Notes under the pieces: generated by a model
The model's database searches: none
The model's input: the letters and a program-made list of their open reading frames with translations, nothing else
What the model was told of the DNA's origin: nothing
Source: a virus
Direction: 5' to 3' (one strand)
Length of the DNA: 58,105 nt
IMG/VR virus record: IMGVR_UViG_3300025712_000001
Shown: piece by piece, positions 7,278-14,772 of the stretch
Layout: every line of letters begins with the position of its first letter
Position numbering within the stretch: position 1 is the stretch's first letter
Position numbers and translations under genes: made by a program

Positions 7278-7709
7278 ATGACAGACTACTTAAAGATTAT
7301 AAGAGATACTGAAAAATGGTTCGAGTCCAGAGGAGAACCAATTCCTAACTATCTTTCAGGTAAACAACCAAAAACGCCCGAGAGCGTTTTCTCAATCAAT
7401 AACATTATAAAGGATAAACCTATGGCGAAAGTAACAGCCGTGCAGGTTCTTAAAGAAGCTGCTGAACTTAAGGAAAGAAAGAGTAAAGACTATCAAGGTG
7501 GAATGTGGTCAGAAGAAGATTACTTTCCGTTCGGAGATAAGTCTTATATTCATATGATACATACAAAGTATTTACGTATGAGAAATATAGTTGAAGGCGA
7601 TCAAGAAACGAACTTCGAAGCCTTAGAAGACACGCTCATAGACATGGCAGTATACTGTGCTATGTTCGCAGCATATCTAGAAAATGTTAAAATGGAAAAG
7701 GATAACTAA
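7278..7709 (+). CDS. DUF1599-like nucleotide-modification-associated protein; the functional start may be ATG 7422 (95 aa)
   Basis: KSKDYQGG...YIHMIHTKYLRMRNI resembles DUF1599. Hairpin copy 3 lies in frame inside codons 31-38, and ATG 7422 has its own AAAGGA SD. Confidence 0.55.
   Translation: MTDYLKIIRDTEKWFESRGEPIPNYLSGKQPKTPESVFSINNIIKDKPMAKVTAVQVLKEAAELKERKSKDYQGGMWSEEDYFPFGDKSYIHMIHTKYLRMRNIVEGDQETNFEALEDTLIDMAVYCAMFAAYLENVKMEKDN
7370..7392 (+). promoter_or_regulatory. Conserved 23-nt hairpin element, copy 3 of 3 (inside ORF 7278..7709)
   Basis: AAAAACGCCCGAGAGCGTTTTCT. Exactly 29 nt separate it from ATG 7422, the same spacing as copy 1 to ATG 2430. Confidence 0.5.
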
Positions 7710-8389
7710 TGCTTTTAGTTAAGGACATCAGGAAATTATTCCGAGATGAATACAAACTAAATAGAATAAGAAACGGTACAGTAGAACTACAAGGTGTATC
7801 GTTTAAAGCTGATCTAAGTTCTATATTTGGTATACCTAATAGATATTATATAGACGCAGAATTAAAGTGGTACATATCTAAAGATAGAAAAGTACAAAAG
7901 CTATTTGATATATACGGTAAGACTGTGAAAATATGGAATGATGTCAAGGACATACATGGCGAAGTTAATTCTAACTACGGCTGGTGTATATTCAGTGATG
8001 AAAGAGGTAATCAATTTAGAGCAGCATGTAAAGCTCTGCTTAAAGATAATAATACTAGACAAAGTGTTATGATATATACTACACCTGACATGCATAAAAT
8101 AGCAGGTAAAGACTTCACATGTACTAACGCGCAACAGTTCTTCATTAAAGAAAACAAGCTGCACACAGTAGTACAAATGAGATCTCAAGATGCTGTATAC
8201 GGCTACAATAATGACATAGCGTGGTTTAAATATGTACATGCAGCAATGCTGAATAACCTATTTAAGATAAAGAATCTTAAATTAGGCGATGTAATAATGC
8301 AGATAGGTTCTTTACATGTATATGAAAGACACTTTAAATATTTAGAAGAAAACAATAAACAATTAGCTTTAAACTTAGGAGAACAGTAA
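7709..8389 (+). CDS. Deoxycytidylate 5-hydroxymethyltransferase (T4 gp42-type, thymidylate-synthase fold)
   Basis: ELKWYISKD, EVNSNYGWCIF, FTCTNAQQFF, MRSQDAVYGYNNDIAWFKYV and GSLHVYERHF parallel T4 gp42 as I recall it. Cys138 and Asp169 are 31 residues apart, like gp42 Cys148 and Asp179. Asp occupies the position of the thymidylate synthase Asn. Confidence 0.8.
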   Translation: MLLVKDIRKLFRDEYKLNRIRNGTVELQGVSFKADLSSIFGIPNRYYIDAELKWYISKDRKVQKLFDIYGKTVKIWNDVKDIHGEVNSNYGWCIFSDERGNQFRAACKALLKDNNTRQSVMIYTTPDMHKIAGKDFTCTNAQQFFIKENKLHTVVQMRSQDAVYGYNNDIAWFKYVHAAMLNNLFKIKNLKLGDVIMQIGSLHVYERHFKYLEENNKQLALNLGEQ

Positions 8390-8838
8390 TGCCTTACGTA
8401 ATATACCCTGAAGATCAATGGCATAATACCATAGACTCGTTTCACGATAAGTTTGGTGTGCATGACTGGATTAATGATAAACTAGCTAATAAAGACTATG
8501 ATATTCTTAAAAAGTTCATGGACTTTAGATTAAACTTTTTGAAAGAAGAATTAAATGAAACAGAGAAAGCAATTACAGAAGGCGATGCTAAAGAAATCGT
8601 TGATGGTCTTATTGATCTATGTGTTGTCGCCATTGGAACGTTGGATGCATTTGGCTGCGACGCCCATGGTGCTTGGTCTACCGTCATGGAAGCCAACATG
8701 GAGAAAGACGTTGGTGTTAAACCTTCGAGGCCCAATCCTCTCGGTCTACCTGATCTTATTAAACCTAAAGGTTGGAACGGACCTGACCATACGCACACTA
8801 CAGGAATACTAGAAGAAGTTTATAGAAAGGCAATATAA
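8389..8838 (+). CDS. All-alpha NTP pyrophosphohydrolase (MazG-like; candidate dCTPase analogous to T4 gp56)
   Basis: FRLNFLKEELNETEKA...EIVDGLIDLCVVAIGTLDAFG...VMEANMEK is typical of MazG-like phage NTP-PPases. ATGA-type coupling on both sides. Confidence 0.65.
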   Translation: MPYVIYPEDQWHNTIDSFHDKFGVHDWINDKLANKDYDILKKFMDFRLNFLKEELNETEKAITEGDAKEIVDGLIDLCVVAIGTLDAFGCDAHGAWSTVMEANMEKDVGVKPSRPNPLGLPDLIKPKGWNGPDHTHTTGILEEVYRKAI

Positions 8839-10385
8839 TGAGCCTAAATTCTAAAGAAAAGAAAAACAAAAAAGTAATAGTATTAGGCGGTGGAACTGCG
8901 GGCTGGTTTACAGCTTTATTTGCAAGAAAGTTTTTATCGAATGATATCACTGTGATTGAGAATAGAAAGAAGGGTATTGTAGGAGTGGGGGAAGGAACAA
9001 CTCCGCCTATCATGGACTTTTTAAAGATGTTGGATATCCATCCTTATGAAGTGATAGCGAATACAGGAGGGACATTAAAGAATGGTATTAGTTTTGAGAG
9101 ATGGAATAAAGACAGCGATGATGATGTTTATTTCCATCCATTTAATGACTTAGGACAATACAACAACTTTAGTATGGACAACATATTTTCGCATGGTTGT
9201 AGAGATTATTATATCAAAGAAGTAATTGGTAAAAAATTAGACTTAAAGAAACATTTATGGATATCAAGATTATCTTATGAGAATAGAGTTGACGATACCG
9301 AAACCACTACTGCACTGCATTTTGATACATTTGCGTTAGGCGATTATCTTTCTACTAAAGCAAAAGATAGAGGCATTAAACATATAGATGGAAACTTTGT
9401 TGATGCGGAGTTGGATAAGGATGGGTTTGTAACTAAGGTAACACTTGAAGACGGTAGAAAATATAACTGTGATTTTATTTTTGATTGCACAGGTTTAAGT
9501 AAAACAATTTTAAAAAAGAAATTAGATCAGAAATTTATAAGTTATTCTGATACGTTAGCAATGAAAAAAGCATTGGTGATACCTAAAAAAGAACCAGGTT
9601 ATTTCCCTTATACAAAAGCTATTGCTATGAAATATGGTTGGACGTTTGAAATACCTTTACAATATCGAATAGGTAGAGGTTATATTTTTGATAGTGATTA
9701 TATAAATGAAACTCAAGCTTATGATGAAGTTACTAAGTTTTATAAGGAAGATATTGAAGTCCAAAAAGTTATATCTTTTGATGCGGGTAGGATGGAAAAA
9801 GCCTGGATAAAAAATTGTATAAGTGTAGGGTTAGCACAATCGTTTGTAGAACCATTAGAAGCTACATCTATATGGACAACGATAGAGATGTTAAATCATT
9901 TAAAACATTTTGTAAATTGTTTTGAAAATCACAATGAAGTTTCAATAACAAATTATAATAATGATGTGAACAATATGTTAGACAACATTAAAGATTTTAT
10001 ACGGTTTCATTATATTTCAAATAGAAATGACAGTGATTTTTGGAAAGAGTTCCCCAAAAAATATAAAATGTCTAGTTATATTGAAAATCAAGTAGCTTCA
10101 ATGAAGGCCGGAAACTTACAGTATCGTTGTGTAAAAGATTATTTAGCCGCTTTCGATCTATCGTCTTGGTTAGCAGTAGGTAATGGATTAAATATATTCA
10201 CTGACTATGACAATAATGGATATGAGAATATAAAACCATCGGTTAAAGAAATGAAGTTTCTAATAGATAAGAATATTAAAGAAAGACCTTTAATGAAAGA
10301 CTGGTTAAATAAAAATATAGGCAAAGATCTTAAAGTTCTTAAAGACTTGCATGATAAGGAGGCGCGATATGAACCTAAGTTCTAA
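8838..10385 (+). CDS. Flavin-dependent halogenase family protein (tryptophan halogenase, PF04820-like)
   Basis: VIVLGGGTAGW (FAD site); GVGEGTTP; Lys81 in GTLKNGISFERW (PrnA Lys79 position); GWTFEIPL (WxWxIP with the second W replaced by F); FVEPLEATSI (conserved Glu motif). Confidence 0.85.
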   Translation: MSLNSKEKKNKKVIVLGGGTAGWFTALFARKFLSNDITVIENRKKGIVGVGEGTTPPIMDFLKMLDIHPYEVIANTGGTLKNGISFERWNKDSDDDVYFHPFNDLGQYNNFSMDNIFSHGCRDYYIKEVIGKKLDLKKHLWISRLSYENRVDDTETTTALHFDTFALGDYLSTKAKDRGIKHIDGNFVDAELDKDGFVTKVTLEDGRKYNCDFIFDCTGLSKTILKKKLDQKFISYSDTLAMKKALVIPKKEPGYFPYTKAIAMKYGWTFEIPLQYRIGRGYIFDSDYINETQAYDEVTKFYKEDIEVQKVISFDAGRMEKAWIKNCISVGLAQSFVEPLEATSIWTTIEMLNHLKHFVNCFENHNEVSITNYNNDVNNMLDNIKDFIRFHYISNRNDSDFWKEFPKKYKMSSYIENQVASMKAGNLQYRCVKDYLAAFDLSSWLAVGNGLNIFTDYDNNGYENIKPSVKEMKFLIDKNIKERPLMKDWLNKNIGKDLKVLKDLHDKEARYEPKF

Positions 10386-11121
10386 ACCTTTGATTTTAAA
10401 CTGCTACACTACTGATGCGACAGTTTATAACAACGCTAAGATTAATTATGCTACAAAATTTATGCCCGATTGGTTTAAGAAAACCCCAAATAATGTAACG
10501 CTCAAAGATGGATCGATGGTTGGATCTATAAAAAATTGTCATGGTTTTACAGAAATGTACAGAACAGCTATAGTTATCCCATGTTGGACTGAGTTCACAC
10601 TTGATATACTACATAAAGACGACGAAGAACTTTATAGATGGAGAACAGCCAAAAGTAAATTTGAAGTAGATCCTCACCCACAAGAGCAGTATCAAAAGTT
10701 TGCTGGTAAAGACGGGACATCTATTAAGTTAGTTTCTCCCTGGATGTTTCAATGTGACGAAGAGGTTAATTTTGTGTGGCATCAACCGACATGGAACATG
10801 CGGGATATTTTGGATAAACTTACTCTTTTACCCGCGACAGTAGATTATAATACACAACATGCCACTGAGATAAATTATTTTCTAGTGCGACGAGACTTTG
10901 AAAGACAGGTTGTGTTGAAAGCCCTAGAACCTTTAGTAATGCTTCAAGCTATGGATGCTAGAAAAGTAGAAATAAAAAATCATTTAATAACTCAAGAAGA
11001 AAAAGAGACACGATTTCTTTGGCACTATGAATTAGGTGGTAATAAAGAGACTAGTACTAGAACAAATAGAAATAATCGGATAGCTTTGCAGAAGCGTATT
11101 GAATACCTCAACTCAGAGTAA
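10369..11121 (+). CDS. Conserved hypothetical protein, 250 aa, translationally coupled to the halogenase homologue
   Basis: ATG 10369 lies 6 nt after an AAGGAGG SD, which I prefer over the track start at 10351. It overlaps the halogenase 3' end by 17 nt. Motif NCHGFTEMYRTAIVIPCW; no family recognised. Confidence 0.6.
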   Translation: MNLSSKPLILNCYTTDATVYNNAKINYATKFMPDWFKKTPNNVTLKDGSMVGSIKNCHGFTEMYRTAIVIPCWTEFTLDILHKDDEELYRWRTAKSKFEVDPHPQEQYQKFAGKDGTSIKLVSPWMFQCDEEVNFVWHQPTWNMRDILDKLTLLPATVDYNTQHATEINYFLVRRDFERQVVLKALEPLVMLQAMDARKVEIKNHLITQEEKETRFLWHYELGGNKETSTRTNRNNRIALQKRIEYLNSE

Positions 11122-11155
11122 GAGTAAACAAATTAAAGTAGAAGTGGAAAATAAA

Positions 11156-11674
11156 ATGGAACAAGATAACCCTAATTGGATAACGATACCAGTAACACAG
11201 GAATTTATAGATCAACGCGATGCTCGTGCTGAGAAATATAATCCTCGTGGCAGATCATTAGAAAAGCTGAAGATGGATATCGAATGTGAGATATTCGAGT
11301 GGTGGATGATACATGAAAATAAGTGGGACGACTCAGATCGATGGGAAATCGATGGTGTATGTCCTGTATACGGTAATGTAGATGTTAAGTTTGTAAAGAA
11401 ATGGTACAACGTATCATGCCAAAAGCTTATATACTTATTAAGACAACGCGACATAGTAGAAACTTTCTTATTCTGCGAATGGAAATACAGACCAATGGAT
11501 GGTGTTGCTGATCGACTATTAGTTGATGGTGATACAGTACAGGTCAACGTCTTAGGGGGCTTAGGCTACTGGGATTTAATAGATAGTTTGAAAACCTCTA
11601 AATATAATGGATTCTACGCTGATGTCAAAAGTATACTACGCAAAATGGATGGAGCTGAACAAGATGACAATTGA
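11156..11674 (+). CDS. Hypothetical protein, 172 aa
   Basis: I prefer internal ATG 11156 (MEQDNPNW...) because it does not overlap the upstream gene. The track start is 11099. Confidence 0.5.
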   Translation: MEQDNPNWITIPVTQEFIDQRDARAEKYNPRGRSLEKLKMDIECEIFEWWMIHENKWDDSDRWEIDGVCPVYGNVDVKFVKKWYNVSCQKLIYLLRQRDIVETFLFCEWKYRPMDGVADRLLVDGDTVQVNVLGGLGYWDLIDSLKTSKYNGFYADVKSILRKMDGAEQDDN

Positions 11675-11819
11675 TACTGACTTTATAACACAAAAACCTT
11701 ATGATACTTATACGTGTGAAATATGTAACAAAGAAATTTCTCGCATGTCGATAGATAAATCAGGAGATACATGTCCTATATGTGAGAATGGAAAGGAAAC
11801 AGATGAGACTAACGTTTGA
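11664..11819 (+). CDS. Small zinc-ribbon protein, 51 aa
   Basis: MTIDTDFITQKPYDTYTCEICNKEISRMSIDKSGDTCPICENG has a CxxC...CxxC pattern. The start overlaps the upstream stop. The track start is 11607. Confidence 0.45.
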   Translation: MTIDTDFITQKPYDTYTCEICNKEISRMSIDKSGDTCPICENGKETDETNV

Positions 11820-13632
11820 CATAGAAACAGACGGACTAGATGCTACTAAGATATGGTGTTTAGTCATAGAAAATATTGATACTGGTATGATAATGAAGTA
11901 CACAGATCAATCAGATAAATACCACGGAGATATACTAACAGGCTTAGCAGTTCTACAAAATGCAGAACTACTTGTAGCTCATAACGGTATAGGATTTGAT
12001 GCACTTATGATACTTAATATATACGGTATTGATTTGTATAATATAAAATTCTTTGATACTTGGTTAGCATCTCTTGTACTTAACTACAGACGTCCACATA
12101 AGCATGGACTTGCAGGCTGGGGCGAGCATCTTAAATATCCTAAGTTTCAATTCGATGATTGGACTGGATTCTCAGATGAGATGATGACTTACTGTGTAAG
12201 AGATGTTAAGCTAAACACTGAAGTATTCAAGATACTAGCTAAAGAACTTAATGAACTCGCTGCTAAACAACCTCTTATAAGTAACGGTTTAAGAGCAGAG
12301 ATGGAGACAGCTAAGTTTGATGCTTACTGTAGGCACTATGGCTGGAAGTTTGATATGGAAAGCGGTGCGGCACTTGCAGCTAAGCTTGTCATAGAAATGA
12401 GTGATATCGAAAAAGTTATAGAACCTAATTTACCTGACCTTGTACGTTATAAAGATAAGGTAGCTAAGACTCCTAAGTTTACTAAGAAAGGAGAGTATAC
12501 AGCTACTACAGCTCGTATGCTAACTGAATACTTAAACAGACCTGTAAATACTAAAGACACTCACCTGTTTCCAGCAGGTAAAGAGTTCCAACGTAAGACT
12601 GTAGTTAAATCTACGCTTGGTAATATGGAACAGGTTAAAGAATACTTATATAGTATAGGCTGGGAACCTGATGACTGGAAGGTAGTGAAGACTGCTTATG
12701 GTTGGCAGAAAACTACACCAAAGCTTACATCAACTTCACTTGCTAAGGTAGGTGAGCACGGTGTTCTGATAGATAACTGGACTACATTAAGGTCTCGTAT
12801 GGGTGTAGTGAAAGGTTGGTTCCGTGAACTTAAAAATGGTAGACTACATGGTAAACTATGGGTTGTAGGTACACCGACATTTCGCTGCCGTCATGAAGTC
12901 ATAGCTAATCTACCAGCTGCAACAGCTACGTTAGGTAAAGAGCTACGTCAGTTACTTGTAGCAGAAGAAGGACGTAAGATTGTAGGTGCTGACTCTAGTG
13001 GTAACCAATTCAGATCACTAGCACACTATGTTAATTCACCTGATCTTACTAATCAAATCTTATCTGGTGATATACATCAATATAATGCTGATGTTATAGG
13101 TACAGATAGACGTACAGCTAAGACGTGGATCTATGCATATCTATTTGGTGCAGGTGCAGCTAAGCTAGGTCAAGTACTATCAGGTAAGAAGTCAGCTAAA
13201 GTTGGCACAGAATCAATGGAGAAATATGGTGATGCTATACCAGGATTAAAGGTTCTAAGAGAAAAGATAGAATCTATATGGAAAGTAACATCAGGTCACG
13301 GTAATGTAGAAGGATACATACCAGGTCTTGATGGTCGCCGTGTATATACTCCTCAACCTTATCAAACACTTAACTACTTACTTCAATGCTGCGAAGCTGT
13401 GACTACAAAATCTGCTGTAGCTTATCAGATGAAGAAGATTAAATGTGAAGGCTTAGATGCAGAACCTAGATTATACTATCATGACGAGGTTGCATGGTCT
13501 GTAGCAGATAAAGATGCTGACAGAGTTCTTGAAATACTAGTAGAATCCTTTGCTGAAGGTCCAAAGAAAGTTGGCGTTGATATAATGGCAGGTGAAGGTT
13601 CAATAGGTAATAATTATGCAGAGGTACATTGA
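11803..13632 (+). CDS. DNA polymerase, family A, T7 gp5-like, with 3'-5' exonuclease
   Basis: MRLTFDIETDGL (Exo I); DSSGNQFRSLAHY (motif A); RRTAKTWIYAYLFGAG (motif B); YYHDEVAW (motif C). GAAAGGA SD before ATG 11803. The track start is 11782. Confidence 0.95.
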   Translation: MRLTFDIETDGLDATKIWCLVIENIDTGMIMKYTDQSDKYHGDILTGLAVLQNAELLVAHNGIGFDALMILNIYGIDLYNIKFFDTWLASLVLNYRRPHKHGLAGWGEHLKYPKFQFDDWTGFSDEMMTYCVRDVKLNTEVFKILAKELNELAAKQPLISNGLRAEMETAKFDAYCRHYGWKFDMESGAALAAKLVIEMSDIEKVIEPNLPDLVRYKDKVAKTPKFTKKGEYTATTARMLTEYLNRPVNTKDTHLFPAGKEFQRKTVVKSTLGNMEQVKEYLYSIGWEPDDWKVVKTAYGWQKTTPKLTSTSLAKVGEHGVLIDNWTTLRSRMGVVKGWFRELKNGRLHGKLWVVGTPTFRCRHEVIANLPAATATLGKELRQLLVAEEGRKIVGADSSGNQFRSLAHYVNSPDLTNQILSGDIHQYNADVIGTDRRTAKTWIYAYLFGAGAAKLGQVLSGKKSAKVGTESMEKYGDAIPGLKVLREKIESIWKVTSGHGNVEGYIPGLDGRRVYTPQPYQTLNYLLQCCEAVTTKSAVAYQMKKIKCEGLDAEPRLYYHDEVAWSVADKDADRVLEILVESFAEGPKKVGVDIMAGEGSIGNNYAEVH

Positions 13633-14441
13633 TGACAACTATAAATATGCTTGTTGATGCAGACTCTATCTTCTTTAAGGTAGCGTATGGATCTAAAGAT
13701 GAATCAGATTTGCGTGTACATTATGATAGGTTCTGCCGTAAGATGGAACTTACTATTAAAGATAAACTTGCAAATCCATTTGATGAAGAAGAAAAGTTTA
13801 ATATATTATATGCAGTTAAAGGTCGTGATAATTTCCGTAAAGATTTATATGAACCTTACAAATCTAATAGACCTAAGCTTGATGAAGAAATAAAAGAGAA
13901 GTTAAATTTCTTATTTAATTACTCTGTATCTAAAGGTTCAGTACCAGCTCATGGTATGGAGGCAGATGATCTTGTAGCTATCTGGGCTTATGAAGCTAGA
14001 GAAAGTGACGATCAATATGTTATATGTGGTATAGATAAAGACTTGCTACAGATACCAGGTAATCATTACAACTATAACAAAGATACATGGCAGTTCGTTG
14101 ATGACGATCAAGCCCATAAGTCATTGATGTTACAGTGTTTAACTGGTGACAACACAGATAATATACCAGGACTTAAAGGTATAGGTCCTAAGAAAGCTGA
14201 AAAGATTTTACATGGTGTACCAGCTGAGCGTAGATGGAATGTCGTAAAGAAAACTTGGCGTGAGAATAAAGCCTCGCTTAAACAGCTAGATATAAGCTAT
14301 AAGTTACTACGTATGTTAACAACATGGAAGGACTATGACGATATTAGAACACACCTTTATGGTGAAGCCGTTGTCAGCGAACAACATGACGTACCGCAAC
14401 AAAGCGATAAAGCAGAGGCAGTACATCGACTATCAGAATGA
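13629..14441 (+). CDS. 5'-3' exonuclease / flap endonuclease (T7 gp6-like)
   Basis: MEADDLVA, GIDKDLLQI, and TGDNTDNIPGLKGIGPKKAEK (H3TH motif). Confidence 0.85.
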   Translation: MMTTINMLVDADSIFFKVAYGSKDESDLRVHYDRFCRKMELTIKDKLANPFDEEEKFNILYAVKGRDNFRKDLYEPYKSNRPKLDEEIKEKLNFLFNYSVSKGSVPAHGMEADDLVAIWAYEARESDDQYVICGIDKDLLQIPGNHYNYNKDTWQFVDDDQAHKSLMLQCLTGDNTDNIPGLKGIGPKKAEKILHGVPAERRWNVVKKTWRENKASLKQLDISYKLLRMLTTWKDYDDIRTHLYGEAVVSEQHDVPQQSDKAEAVHRLSE

Positions 14442-14763
14442 ACTACGTGATGAGATCCGAGGGGTTGAATGGCCTTTCGGATCAGATCAAGTAGAATTCT
14501 ATATTGTAGCAGGCTTCTCTAATAGAGCAGCCGATCTCGACAATGTAATCAAACCACTCTTCGATACATATCAAGGAATATTTGAAGAGTTTAATGACAA
14601 TAAGGTATATCATGCAGAACTACACAAAACAATCGTGCCAAGAGGACAAGAGTATATATACGTCAGAGTTGGACGAGTACACGAAAGCAAAATTAAAGAA
14701 GGAGCAGCGCATGCAGAAGAAGCAAGCAAGCTCTATGAGAAGAAGGAAGATACGACAAGCTAA
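14335..14763 (+). CDS. rusA: RusA-family Holliday junction resolvase
   Basis: KPLSANNMTYR and DLDNVIKPLFDTYQGIFEEFNDNKV parallel E. coli RusA PPSNNRYYR and [25 protein letters not shown]. It overlaps the exonuclease gene by 107 nt. Confidence 0.8.
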   Translation: MTILEHTFMVKPLSANNMTYRNKAIKQRQYIDYQNELRDEIRGVEWPFGSDQVEFYIVAGFSNRAADLDNVIKPLFDTYQGIFEEFNDNKVYHAELHKTIVPRGQEYIYVRVGRVHESKIKEGAAHAEEASKLYEKKEDTTS

Positions 14764-14772
14764 AGAAAGGCT

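Noticed and set aside
8496-9013. ORFs 8496..8798 (-), 8555..8812 (+) and 8798..9013 (-) overlapping the MazG-like and halogenase genes.
   Set aside because: The annotated frames have clear family motifs and translational coupling. The overlapping ORFs have none.
11156-11674. PD-(D/E)XK nuclease call, based on GNVDVKFVKK.
   Set aside because: A single D-x-K tripeptide without the upstream catalytic Asp/Glu context is not enough evidence.
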